Origin: a virus
Lineage: Duplodnaviria; Caudoviricetes
IMG/VR virus record: IMGVR_UViG_3300006927_000008
Span: 1 to 55,764 of that record
DNA length: 55,764 nucleotides
Direction: 5' to 3' (one strand)
The notes under the pieces were generated by a model. It was not told the origin of the DNA. It did no database searches and was given only the letters and a program-made list of their open reading frames with translations. This document shows, piece after piece, positions 35,140 to 45,069 of this stretch; within the stretch, counting starts at the first letter, position 1, and every line of letters begins with the position of its first letter. Made by a program: the position numbers and the translations under genes.

Positions 35140-35788
35140 TATATTTCCTCAGTTTAACGTTCTTGATTTGCATCAACTTCACTGCCATATCATGGTCAGC
35201 CTTAAAGTCTAGTGACCGATAATCCGTTGCATATACAACCTCACTTACTCCAACCTGTACCAAGTGCTTCGCGCAACCAAAGCAAGGCAAGAATGGAACA
35301 TACATCGTGGATCCATCCAGCCTATGTCTCTCGGCAAACAGAAGTGCATTCATATCGGCGTGAATGATGTTATCATACTTCTCAGGTCTAGTAAGAGGAA
35401 ATTCCGTGACCGAAGCACCAGCTGGCAATGAGTTGTAACCTGTACTGACGATACGGTGGTCTTGATCTACAATTATACAACCAACTTTTGTGTCCGGATC
35501 TTCTGACCTCTTCGACACAGCTTCCACTATACCAAAGAAGTACTCATCCCATGATGGTCTATTTGGGTTGTGCTTTTCCATCGCTTCCCTTAACTTACTT
35601 TGTTCTGATGTTGGGAGATGACTATAGGCATGAGTAAATGCCCGAAATGGTCTCGTTCTTGATCTAGCTCTACCACCATCCTCTTCAGGCCAGTGGTTTA
35701 CTTCACTTTCTGTATTATCCAATCTAGCCATTCTAGCTTTGTACCGTTCGTCGGACTCATTGGGATACGGAACACGTTGATCTCTCAT
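35132..35788 (-). CDS. dCMP deaminase family protein (HAE motif changed to HAD)
   Basis: RPSWDEYF, RSED..TKVG, STGYN, HADMNA, PCFGC. Confidence 0.85.
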   Translation of the reverse strand: MRDQRVPYPNESDERYKARMARLDNTESEVNHWPEEDGGRARSRTRPFRAFTHAYSHLPTSEQSKLREAMEKHNPNRPSWDEYFFGIVEAVSKRSEDPDTKVGCIIVDQDHRIVSTGYNSLPAGASVTEFPLTRPEKYDNIIHADMNALLFAERHRLDGSTMYVPFLPCFGCAKHLVQVGVSEVVYATDYRSLDFKADHDMAVKLMQIKNVKLRKYNG

Positions 35789-36192
35789 TCAAAACATTCC
35801 CCTGTCTCTGCGTTGTATGCCATCTGTCCTGTCTTATGACTCCAGATGTTTCCTTCTACAACGTAGTATTTAGCCAACTGGCCCATCGTCATATATCTCC
35901 AAATTTCGCTAAGCGATGGACCATACTCCTCAATCAACTTTGGTAAAGTACCAGCAAAGTACGTACCAGCTTTGGGTGCAATTCTCTTGGCAGGCTGGAC
36001 TGGAATTTCAACTGCATATGCTGACCGTTTCTGTGCTGCACGAAATCTGTCATGCCGCTTATCTGCCTCAGACTTATTGCGATTGATTTCATACCTATCA
36101 ATCATCTCCTGTGTTACACCTTCAGGAGTAGAAGGCTTTTCCTTTACGGCTCCATCTACAGTATCCAAAACCTGATTTATCCTTGTTGCCAT
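35785..36192 (-). CDS. hypothetical protein
   Basis: GGAGGA RBS. Confidence 0.6.
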   Translation of the reverse strand: MATRINQVLDTVDGAVKEKPSTPEGVTQEMIDRYEINRNKSEADKRHDRFRAAQKRSAYAVEIPVQPAKRIAPKAGTYFAGTLPKLIEEYGPSLSEIWRYMTMGQLAKYYVVEGNIWSHKTGQMAYNAETGECFE

Positions 36193-36395
36193 CGAATGAA
36201 TTCCTCCAGTCCGTTATCTAATGATGGTGTGAACAATCTATACAATATAATCAATGGTGCCAGAAACATTATTAGCACCACTACTGCTATCTTCAGTTTT
36301 TTGCTTCTTTTTCTTTTCGTTGAAAACATTTCGTGTCTCCTTTACCGGCACTATCTTTAAGCCAATACGAGGGTCATTTAATCTAAGGCCTGTCT

Positions 36396-38717
36396 TTACC
36401 CTCCACATAATTCATATCCACATCTAGCATTGATGCAATGACCACAGCCATTCTCTAATACATATGACATATCACCGCATTTCGGACACGCCTGAAGGTT
36501 ATCTAATTCTGCAGCGGGAATGGCAGAGTTAGGAACAGAGTCCTCGGGTTGTTGTTCGTCTGTGAATTTCTCCAATGCGATCGCTACCGCTCTTGGTACC
36601 GAATTGATTTGATGTCTTCTGCCAGCATCCTTATCATGCCAGAAAACTACTGTACCGGATGATTCAATTTTTCGTAGATCGTCAATAATAAAATCGACGC
36701 TATCTGCGTTCTTCATAAGAGCGCTAAGAAGAACAGTGATTGTCTGTAGCTCTGGGTTATCCTTACCATAGGATGATATGAATATCTCGAATGGCTTCTT
36801 AGGATCATGAGGGCTTGGGTTGATTGTAATGTATAGCTTTTCATCACCAGAACCAGATGGGATTTTATAGGTCACACCTCTGAGCTCTATTGGGCGTTTT
36901 GGCTTTCCTTTTGGTTTCTCCTCAACAGAAGGGCTATCGTCATTTTTGATCAAAACACCCTCCCTAGACCCGTCTCTATACACGGTTATTGACTTTAAAC
37001 CGCTCTGCCATGCCAACCTATATATTTCACCCACGGTTTCAATTGGAGTGTCTTTAGAGAGATTTATCGTACTAGAGATTGAGTTGTCTACGTACCTTTG
37101 TATAGCTGCCTGTAAACCTATCCTATACTCTGGGTCTATGTCGTGGGCTGTTACTATATAGTCAGGTAGATTTTCATCGTCCATAAATCGTTCACTAATG
37201 ATTCGTGGGTAGGTTTTGTATTCCTTGAATTTTTGACCATCCTGTTCACGGACTCTACGTGTATAGTGAGTTGCAAACAGAGGCTCTATTCCGGATGATA
37301 CCTGAGCTATGATAGACCCTGATCCTACAGGAGCACAGGTAAGCAAGAATGAATTGCGGATACCTGTTTGATGAACCTTATCTGTCAGCTCCTGTCCTTG
37401 TGCATCCATCCACCGTGCTATGAATTCACTCTTCCACCCTTCGACTGTCCACCAAGGGAATGGACCTTTCTCTTCAGCCAATTCGACTGACGCTTCATAG
37501 GCCGCATCCCTATATGTAGACATAATAGACTCGATCATATTGATAGCCTCATCAGAATCATATTTGATTCTCATCTTAATGAAAGCGTCGCCGAGGCCAG
37601 TGATACCCAAACCAATTCGTCTTTCGTTAAGGGCCGTCTCCTCTTGTTGAGGTAAGGCATGTCTACCTTTATTCCAATCGATACAGTTATCAAGAAATCT
37701 AACAGCTACTCTAATATCATCTGCAAAGCGAGCGAAATTAAATATACCTGCAGCATCTTCGGTATCATTAACATATTTAGCCAAATTCATATGGCCCAAT
37801 AAACAATTAGCATAAGGACCAAGAAACTGCTCACCACATGGATTGGTGGTTAGTGCTGGATTGATATAATGAAGAGCGTCGTTCTTCCTATGGTTATCTA
37901 TAAAGAAGATACCAGGCTCTGCGTGTTCGTGTGCATTGGATACAATAGCGTCCCAGATCTTCTTTGCACTCACCTTTTTCTTTACAGTCGGGTTAGGTGA
38001 ATCTACAGGGAAACGCTGTTCGTACTTCTTATCGTTTTCAAGGGCATCGAGAAATTCATCGGTAACATGGACCGAAATATTGGCATGCTCCACCATTTTG
38101 TAAAGATCATTGTAACCATGGTCCTCGCCTTCTACATACTTGATTTGACCTAAGATCTTCTTGATTGTGATGAATTCCAAAATATCCGGATGGTGGATAT
38201 TCATGGTGATCATCAACGCTCCACGTCTTAGCTTCTGATGAACTGTATGAGTTGATCGAGACATGAGATCCATAAAGGAACAAGCACCAGGAGATTCACC
38301 ACCGCTGTTCTTGACCGCAGATCCTCTGGGACGCAAAACGGAGATGTCAGTGCCAACGCCTCCTGTAGCTCTATAGGTGAGTGCTGACTCTTTGAGCCAA
38401 TCATAGATTCCTTCAATCGAATCTTCCTTATGAGGAACTACATAACAGTTTGTACAGCTAACCTTTTCATCCCTACCAAGTGCATACATGATCCTACCAC
38501 CTGGAATGAACTTGAAATCTTGCAGAAGACTATAGAAGTCGCGTGACCAAAGATCGCCGTCCTTTTCTATATTTGCAGCAGCATCAGCCAATCGATGCCA
38601 CATGTCTTCAGGCGAGTTTTCATCATCCAATAGATATTTGTCAGCAAGAACATTTGCAGCTAATTCGTCCCCTCCATACCAGTCGAGTAGTCTTCGAATT
38701 CTATCTTCACTATTCAC
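36396..38717 (-). CDS. nrdJ: class II (B12-dependent) ribonucleotide reductase
   Basis: F.PGGR, NCYV, RRGA, TNPCGEQ, CLLG, R.IGLG, AP.GS, SSGIEP, YRDGSR; C-terminal zinc ribbon; no NrdB in window. Confidence 0.9.
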   Translation of the reverse strand: MNSEDRIRRLLDWYGGDELAANVLADKYLLDDENSPEDMWHRLADAAANIEKDGDLWSRDFYSLLQDFKFIPGGRIMYALGRDEKVSCTNCYVVPHKEDSIEGIYDWLKESALTYRATGGVGTDISVLRPRGSAVKNSGGESPGACSFMDLMSRSTHTVHQKLRRGALMITMNIHHPDILEFITIKKILGQIKYVEGEDHGYNDLYKMVEHANISVHVTDEFLDALENDKKYEQRFPVDSPNPTVKKKVSAKKIWDAIVSNAHEHAEPGIFFIDNHRKNDALHYINPALTTNPCGEQFLGPYANCLLGHMNLAKYVNDTEDAAGIFNFARFADDIRVAVRFLDNCIDWNKGRHALPQQEETALNERRIGLGITGLGDAFIKMRIKYDSDEAINMIESIMSTYRDAAYEASVELAEEKGPFPWWTVEGWKSEFIARWMDAQGQELTDKVHQTGIRNSFLLTCAPVGSGSIIAQVSSGIEPLFATHYTRRVREQDGQKFKEYKTYPRIISERFMDDENLPDYIVTAHDIDPEYRIGLQAAIQRYVDNSISSTINLSKDTPIETVGEIYRLAWQSGLKSITVYRDGSREGVLIKNDDSPSVEEKPKGKPKRPIELRGVTYKIPSGSGDEKLYITINPSPHDPKKPFEIFISSYGKDNPELQTITVLLSALMKNADSVDFIIDDLRKIESSGTVVFWHDKDAGRRHQINSVPRAVAIALEKFTDEQQPEDSVPNSAIPAAELDNLQACPKCGDMSYVLENGCGHCINARCGYELCGG

Positions 38718-38909
38718 TCAATACTCTCCCTTAGTAGCGAACCATTTTCCTCGCCAATCAAATGTGACTGAGCCAATGTATGCCCGTTTAGCTTCTTTTC
38801 CGCACTTGGGGCAGTTACATGTTCTGCCGTGTTTTTCATACTGTGATATAGACATCGTCTTTTCGAAAGCGTGCTCACAACTCTGGCACTCGAACGGATA
38901 GACATTCAC
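38718..38909 (-). CDS. FmdB-like zinc-ribbon protein
   Basis: YPFECQSC...CPKCG. Confidence 0.75.
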   Translation of the reverse strand: MNVYPFECQSCEHAFEKTMSISQYEKHGRTCNCPKCGKEAKRAYIGSVTFDWRGKWFATKGEY

Positions 38910-39169
38910 TTCTTCCTCGTTACTATATGGATCACATCTCTAGCACCTGTAGCATCATTGAATTTGAGCACTTCGAAATCTACTCTACGATGGCTGCTAT
39001 ACATTTCATGTCGTTCAGCAGCCTTAATGCATTCTTTAATAGCTTCGTCCTGAGTGATCTGACCTTTTTTCTTGTCACTGCCATAAGGGGCAGAGAACAA
39101 CATTTCTACCTGGGTATCACCAGTGAATGTGTTCTCTACCGTTTTCATTAGTGTAAATCGCTCCGCCAT
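38906..39169 (-). CDS. hypothetical protein
   Basis: Coupled to helicase stop. Confidence 0.6.
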   Translation of the reverse strand: MAERFTLMKTVENTFTGDTQVEMLFSAPYGSDKKKGQITQDEAIKECIKAAERHEMYSSHRRVDFEVLKFNDATGARDVIHIVTRKK

Positions 39170-40545
39170 TATGTCTTCTTACCTTTCAGGTTCCGCCAGA
39201 TCTGCTTACCTGCATCAGGGTTATCGGAATCGAACGCACCTTGCAATGCTTCACCGAGTTCCTTTTCAGGTGCATCATTAACCATGATGTATGATTTTGA
39301 AGGATCAATCGTGACCGGCAATGCCATTCCATCATAACCAACTCTGTTCTTGGCAATATAGAGTGTGCCGGTTCCCTTTTCTCTATCAGCCATATTTCTG
39401 GAGAATGTAGCTACAAAGTCAGAGATTTGTGCCTTGCTAATAGCTTCACCCATCTTATCCAGTGTAATGATCTGATCAGAGAAGCCATCTCTATTAGCCT
39501 GAGTAGCAGTCCAAATAGGAAGCTTCAGTTTCATACCCAAAGCTCTCAGATCTTCGTAGATGGCTTCCAACTCAAAACGCTTCTGTTCATACTGCTTCCT
39601 TGATCTCATCAAATCTGCATAGTCAATGATGACCACACCAGGCTTGAAACCCATAGCTCTGAGTCTACCAAGGTGAACTTCGATTGTGTTGGATGACGCT
39701 GTCTTGGTTGGGAACTCCTTAATGACAAGTCTGCCACCATTGAATTCCTTGAGTCTTCCTTCGACCATATTAGCGTTGTCTGGAATATCCTTCATTCCAA
39801 CACCAGTGATTCTGGCATCATATCTATTACCAATATTGATTTCTGATAGCTCGAGTGAATAATGTACTACATCCATAGCAGCTGACATAGCACCATAACC
39901 CACATTCACCAACAGATGACTCTTTCCTATACCAGCAGGAGCCATAAACACACCAAGCTCACCTGCGCCAAGGCCTCCATCCATAACACTGGAGTTATCA
40001 AGGGCTGGCCAGCCGGTTGGAGCACATTTGCGTATTCGCTTTTTGGCTCTGTCTCTAATTGATTCTTCTTGAAAATACTCGTGACCGGTATCTATTTTTG
40101 TCGCGGCCTTGAGTGCATCTTCCATTCTCTTAGGAATGGCATCATGTTTGCCGGCATTCAATAGTTCTACACAGTCTAGAATTGCTGCTTCCATCGATTT
40201 GTTACTACAGAATTCGAAAGCCTTTTCTTTCGCCTGAACGATTTCAGATACGTTAACTTTCTTTGCGATGTCAAACAGAAGTGCAGTGACCTCTGTCTTT
40301 TTTTCGTCTTTAAGGGCCGACAACTCAACCTTAAGCAAGTTGAGAGTCGGTATATCAGAGTGCTTCTGGTATAATGATACAACTGTCTTCCATACGGTTT
40401 CGTGAGGTTCGCTAGGAAAATATTCAGGCTTAAGTATTTCGAAAACGCTTTCGAAAAATTCCTGATCTGTTATAGCGCCTTGCAAAACCCTTGTTTGAAA
40501 CAATTTACCAAAAAAGCCAAAGGACTCCTCAGCTGAATACTGCAT
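39169..40545 (-). CDS. replicative DNA helicase, DnaB/T4 gp41-like
   Basis: APAGIGKS, SLEL, IIDYADLM, TATQANR, KNR. Confidence 0.92.
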   Translation of the reverse strand: MQYSAEESFGFFGKLFQTRVLQGAITDQEFFESVFEILKPEYFPSEPHETVWKTVVSLYQKHSDIPTLNLLKVELSALKDEKKTEVTALLFDIAKKVNVSEIVQAKEKAFEFCSNKSMEAAILDCVELLNAGKHDAIPKRMEDALKAATKIDTGHEYFQEESIRDRAKKRIRKCAPTGWPALDNSSVMDGGLGAGELGVFMAPAGIGKSHLLVNVGYGAMSAAMDVVHYSLELSEINIGNRYDARITGVGMKDIPDNANMVEGRLKEFNGGRLVIKEFPTKTASSNTIEVHLGRLRAMGFKPGVVIIDYADLMRSRKQYEQKRFELEAIYEDLRALGMKLKLPIWTATQANRDGFSDQIITLDKMGEAISKAQISDFVATFSRNMADREKGTGTLYIAKNRVGYDGMALPVTIDPSKSYIMVNDAPEKELGEALQGAFDSDNPDAGKQIWRNLKGKKT

Positions 40546-40555
40546 TAATTTCTCC

Positions 40556-41626
40556 TTAGCCTATTTCAACTTTTTCTGGACGTATTCTTTGGAAGGTCTC
40601 GGTCCACGAATCGATCCTTCGTGGTGAGATGTTCTCCTTGACCAATGTAAGACGGAACTTCATGGGATTAAACCGAGGGACGTAAGTGGTAAGCGAGGCC
40701 TGAATATCATCAACGGACTTGAGGCTAATGTCCGGGTCCAGAAGCTGGACGAGGTCTTGATTCCTAAGCATAAGTGCGGTGTTCTCTTCGATAAGATACT
40801 TCTTATACTTCGTACCACCGGGCTGCTCAGAGCGTTCTTTTGCCACTTCCACAATATCGCTAGTGGAATAAATATGGCCATCGGCTTTGAGAGAATCCAA
40901 GAATGGGAAATCTCTTAGCAAAGTTTTTTCACCGACCCCTTTGATACCTGAAATATTGTCGGAAGCGTCGCCTCCAACAACTTTCGTAAGCATATAATTA
41001 CCCGGATGGCACTTCAGTAGATCCTCCTGTTCACCATTTCCAGCGTGGTATGTACCGATACCAAATTGTCCTGGTTCGTACTCAGTCATACGAATTATCT
41101 CACCTTCCTTGTTCACTTTTTTTCTTATAGGACGGAAGATGGTTGTATGCTCATCGAGTAATTGCCAATAGTCTCGGTCACAAGTAACCATGATTTTCGT
41201 ACAACCGGTGAAGTTCCTCGTAGCTACATAAGCTATTACATCATCAGCTTCCAGGAAGTCGATCGATGATTGGAACACCGGAAGATGCTGCAAAGCGGCT
41301 CTTAATACACTGGCCTGTCTAGAGAAAGCCTCCTTCTCATCCTCCTCGGACTTATCGAAATGGCCTCTATTGAAACCTCTGAATGTCCTCCCAGCCTTAT
41401 ACTCAGGGTTCAACTTCTTTCGCTTCTTGGTTGACCCTTTCCCCTCCCAAGCGCAATAGACTACATCAGGCTTGAATCGTTCACAAACGGAACGTAAGGA
41501 TTGAAGGCTACCAAAGATACCTCCTACGTGTTCACCATTATCATTTGTGAAGTTGAGTGAACTGAAGTTTCTTACGAACATGTTCATTACATCAATGAAC
41601 AGAATAACTGGTTTGTCTTTGCTCAT
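40556..41626 (-). CDS. 5'-3' exonuclease / flap endonuclease (T4 RNase H-like)
   Basis: ID..N, YKAGR, EADDVI, DRDYWQL, GDASDNI.GI.GVGEKT. Confidence 0.92.
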   Translation of the reverse strand: MSKDKPVILFIDVMNMFVRNFSSLNFTNDNGEHVGGIFGSLQSLRSVCERFKPDVVYCAWEGKGSTKKRKKLNPEYKAGRTFRGFNRGHFDKSEEDEKEAFSRQASVLRAALQHLPVFQSSIDFLEADDVIAYVATRNFTGCTKIMVTCDRDYWQLLDEHTTIFRPIRKKVNKEGEIIRMTEYEPGQFGIGTYHAGNGEQEDLLKCHPGNYMLTKVVGGDASDNISGIKGVGEKTLLRDFPFLDSLKADGHIYSTSDIVEVAKERSEQPGGTKYKKYLIEENTALMLRNQDLVQLLDPDISLKSVDDIQASLTTYVPRFNPMKFRLTLVKENISPRRIDSWTETFQRIRPEKVEIG

Positions 41627-41895
41627 TTGATCCCCTGCATAAAGATATGCCAGACCAATGGTCTGTCTGATTCGTGAATTGTTCCTACGTATATAAGTGG
41701 AGCATCAGGCATTGGATGGCCAGTTCCTATAACAAAGAATTCATAAGGCATCATCAATATCTCATCCGGATCTACAATAGCCCACATATAAGGCACACCA
41801 GATTGCTCAGCCACTGCAATAGGCTGTGCACCAATTGGCAGGTTGAGAGTGAATTCATCGGTGATTGGAAATTGGTACTTGAAGATTTTCTTCAT
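41623..41895 (-). CDS. conserved phage hypothetical protein
   Basis: IFKY, WA.VD, GTGH, VWH pattern. Confidence 0.7.
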   Translation of the reverse strand: MKKIFKYQFPITDEFTLNLPIGAQPIAVAEQSGVPYMWAIVDPDEILMMPYEFFVIGTGHPMPDAPLIYVGTIHESDRPLVWHIFMQGIK

Positions 41896-42476
41896 ATCGG
41901 ATGTACCTCAGCTTCCTTACCCTTACTCTTGGCATACTTGATAGTCGCTATCGCTCCGCCACCATCTCTACCAAAGAATGGAAACCCAAGAAGTTTGACG
42001 GAGTGATTGACCATGTATTCATTTCTGTTATGATATGCTCGCCAGCCATTGGATTGTACAATTGGCATACGGAGCTGGATGATCTTGTCTGCGCAACGAA
42101 TCGTAGTATTCCTACATTGAGCATTTGGTGCATGCTCCATAGTGTCTGGATACACCACTACCAATTCAGGAATGACTCGTGAATTTTTATCATCGACTTT
42201 TGCGATGGTCTTCATCGTCCTACAGATTTTGAGAGCTTCTGTATCAACCCCTACAGCTCCACCGAAATAGATCCGATAGTATCCAAGGAAGTTCTGCTCT
42301 AAGACTGAAATAAGGAACTCCTCCCTGTCAGGCGAGAAGTCCCTTGTACCTGTAATTGCTAAATTATATGCCACCGGGAAAACCTTTCGTCTGTTGCCGT
42401 AAAGCATCCATAAATTCGTCGGGCGATAACTATGGCTGATTTTCAACCTGATCATTTGATTTGTTTTCAGGAGCAA
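41892..42476 (-). CDS. SLOG/DprA-like protein
   Basis: AITGTR, FGGAVGVD, RNEYMV, GG...TI.YA; start uncertain. Confidence 0.65.
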   Translation of the reverse strand: MLLKTNQMIRLKISHSYRPTNLWMLYGNRRKVFPVAYNLAITGTRDFSPDREEFLISVLEQNFLGYYRIYFGGAVGVDTEALKICRTMKTIAKVDDKNSRVIPELVVVYPDTMEHAPNAQCRNTTIRCADKIIQLRMPIVQSNGWRAYHNRNEYMVNHSVKLLGFPFFGRDGGGAIATIKYAKSKGKEAEVHPI

Positions 42477-42669
42477 GCGGCCTGGTTCTCTCTATGCGTA
42501 TCTCTTCTGTATCATAGTCGTACCCAACCATGATCATGTATTCACCATTGGCTGTTTTCCAATATGCGTATTCACCTGCTATTTTATGTGTATATCCTTC
42601 CAGCACTGCTTGCTCCTGAAATTTCTGCCATGCTATCTTTAGTGCTTTTCTCTTTTGTGATTTATTCAT
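42430..42669 (-). CDS. hypothetical protein
   Basis: 79 aa; start codon lies inside the inverted repeat. Confidence 0.45.
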   Translation of the reverse strand: MNKSQKRKALKIAWQKFQEQAVLEGYTHKIAGEYAYWKTANGEYMIMVGYDYDTEEIRIERTRPLAPENKSNDQVENQP

Positions 42670-42957
42670 AGTCCGGCATGGGGAGTTAATTTTCGTGTCT
42701 ACTTATTGATTAGAAGAATGTTCTTGAAAGAACATTGTTGATTTGGTTGAGCTGAGCCCTGTAATATGCGACTCTATCCTTTGCGCTTCGGTCGGTGTCT
42801 CCATACCTTGGCTGTGCGGCACCTCTCATCTTCGATTCGAGGGCATACTTCTCAGCCTGCAATGTGCCGAGCGCTGTTGCTACTTCATTCTTCATCCATG
42901 GTGTTGCCATATTCTATACTCCTCGTAAAATGTTAGCAACCCCATGCCGGACTATGA
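42666..42957. repeat. 17-bp perfect inverted repeat bracketing a 66-aa ORF
   Basis: TCATAGTCCGGCATGGG (42666-42682) and CCCATGCCGGACTATGA (42941-42957). Confidence 0.85.
42710..42910 (-). CDS. small helical hypothetical protein
   Basis: GAGGAG RBS. Confidence 0.65.
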   Translation of the reverse strand: MATPWMKNEVATALGTLQAEKYALESKMRGAAQPRYGDTDRSAKDRVAYYRAQLNQINNVLSRTFF

Positions 42958-42980
42958 TTATAATCAACTACATGACGAAG

Positions 42981-44132
42981 TTATACCTCTTCGTCTCCTT
43001 CGAGCTCTTCGACGGTGAAGTCCTCGTTTCGCTTTGAAGGATCTTGCTCTACATACATCTCTTCCTTAAGTCGCTTCTTCAGCCATTCCTTGAGCTTGGG
43101 TTCTTTCTCAAGATACTCAGAAAGCTTCTTCGATCTGAACTCATGTGTTTGCCCCTCAAATTCTATGCTACTCTTGAGGTTGTTCATCTTCTTGGCAATT
43201 TTGAATTCGATCAAGGGCTCCAACCAAGTATCCTCATCTACTACACCCTTATCAAAGTATACGCTGAACTTGCATTCTCTATGTGGAGGACCCATCCTGT
43301 TCTTATTCACCTTCGCTTTGACCACGGCTCCAATAACATCCTTGTCGGCCTTGATCTTACCACCCGAAAGTAAACGTACTCTTACTGATGAGAAGAATGG
43401 TATTGCTTTTCCACCTGGAGTTGTCATAGGGTCACCGAACATAGCTGAACTGCCTATCTTCATTCTCACCTGATTGAGGAATACCATCGCGAACCTTTGT
43501 TTGTTCACGAATCCGATGATCTTCCTTAATCCCTGACCAATAAGTCTGGCCTGAAGGCCTATAGTAGCGTCTCCATAATCCCCTTCGATTTCAGCCTTTG
43601 TTGAAGTGGCTGCTACCGAATCCCATACGACTGTTACCAGTTGCTTCTTGTTATCCTCCCTTACTCTCCTAACCACCGATTCGATTACATCGAATACCTC
43701 TTCCGTGGTTTGTACTGGACAGTAGATCAAATTCTTGCCCATTTTCAAACCAAGCATGTTGAGGAACTTCAGGTTAACAGAGTTTTCTGAATCAATCAGG
43801 ACACAGATGCCACCTTTTTCTTGGCAGTCCTTCATGACCATGTATGCGACAAGTGATTTGCCTGTTGCTTCCTCACCCCAGATCTCTGTGAGTCTACCAA
43901 CAGGAATACCACCAGTTGCATTGGGGTCATTCGCAATGCAAGCATCAAGGAGCGTTGAACCTGTGCTCAACCACTCCGTGACCTCTTGCACTTCGGTATC
44001 ACCTCTACCGAGAATGTAGGCTACGTTCCCTGTAGCCTTTTTCAAGTCATCGACTATAAGATCAAGAGCTAGATCACCTTTGGACTCATCGTCATCAGTG
44101 TAGTCTTCATCGATAACTTTCTTTTTTCCCAT
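42981..44132 (-). CDS. recA: RecA/UvsX recombinase
   Basis: STGS, GRLTEI.G.EA.GKS, IDSEN, WDSVAA, QAR, NQVR, TPGGKA. Confidence 0.93.
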   Translation of the reverse strand: MGKKKVIDEDYTDDDESKGDLALDLIVDDLKKATGNVAYILGRGDTEVQEVTEWLSTGSTLLDACIANDPNATGGIPVGRLTEIWGEEATGKSLVAYMVMKDCQEKGGICVLIDSENSVNLKFLNMLGLKMGKNLIYCPVQTTEEVFDVIESVVRRVREDNKKQLVTVVWDSVAATSTKAEIEGDYGDATIGLQARLIGQGLRKIIGFVNKQRFAMVFLNQVRMKIGSSAMFGDPMTTPGGKAIPFFSSVRVRLLSGGKIKADKDVIGAVVKAKVNKNRMGPPHRECKFSVYFDKGVVDEDTWLEPLIEFKIAKKMNNLKSSIEFEGQTHEFRSKKLSEYLEKEPKLKEWLKKRLKEEMYVEQDPSKRNEDFTVEELEGDEEV

Positions 44133-44966
44133 TTACTCTTCCTCGTCTTCAGTCTCACTATCTCCAAGTCCGATTTCGGCGAACTGATCATCAACGCTCT
44201 TGGTGTCAGGTGTCTCTTCACTAGTATCAGTGTCGAAAGTCTTTACTGTACCAACGTCGGAATCGTTATTGGTGTCTGACTGTGAATTTGGATTGAGAAA
44301 CTTCTCGAGTGCCGTCTCCATGTCGGAGGTTTTCTTCGGCTTAAAGATCTCGTTGATGTCGGGACATGAATCCACGACCTCATCGATCTTAGCCTTGTCC
44401 TTTACTAGCGGCGAAGGCTTAAGGGCAGTGCTGAGTGACTTGACCATGAAGCGGTTGTTCATACCCTTCCAATTGTCGATCGTAACCTTCAGATCGAGAC
44501 CGGAGTGAGCATCGGTAACATCGACATCTTCCTCTGCTGCAGCTACGATCTGGTTGAGAATATCTTCATAGGTCTTAGGTGCGACACCCCAAAAACGAAT
44601 GCCCTGATCTTCTTCTCCGCGTAGGAGAATAGGAACATAGATTCTCTGCTTAGGCATGAGTGACTTGAAGATTTCCTTGAGGGCGTCATTTTCTTTGTTC
44701 GACTCCTCATAGGCTCTCCACGCTTCACTAGCACCTTCACAGATGGGACAACTGGCGTCATCCATCTTCTTTGGGCACAGAAAGTTCTGACCGCCGATTC
44801 CATAATGGAACCAGAGTTCTCTAAGCGGCATATCTGTATCGTGTTTGTATGGGGTAATACGAACGTTGTGGTTTCCTTTGGGGAGTTTCACGAGCTGTGA
44901 TTGACCTCCACCGCCACCTTGTTCAGCCATATTGTTAAGCGCACTGCGAATCTTACTTAAATCCAT
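44133..44966 (-). CDS. single-stranded DNA-binding protein, T4 gp32-like
   Basis: HY...CP...CPIC zinc motif, D..G.D, acidic tail; adjacent to recombinase. Confidence 0.8.
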   Translation of the reverse strand: MDLSKIRSALNNMAEQGGGGGQSQLVKLPKGNHNVRITPYKHDTDMPLRELWFHYGIGGQNFLCPKKMDDASCPICEGASEAWRAYEESNKENDALKEIFKSLMPKQRIYVPILLRGEEDQGIRFWGVAPKTYEDILNQIVAAAEEDVDVTDAHSGLDLKVTIDNWKGMNNRFMVKSLSTALKPSPLVKDKAKIDEVVDSCPDINEIFKPKKTSDMETALEKFLNPNSQSDTNNDSDVGTVKTFDTDTSEETPDTKSVDDQFAEIGLGDSETEDEEE

Positions 44967-45069
44967 TGCGGTTCTCCTTAGTTAATCCATTGCGGTTACT
45001 ACTTCACGTTACTACAATAGCTGATAATACATAGCAGGTCCTACTTATACTTCCGGTACTATATAAATA

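Noticed and set aside
26971-44132. Inteins or introns in dnaE, nrdJ, helicase or recA
   Set aside because: Lengths are ordinary, motifs are contiguous and no intein splice motifs were seen.
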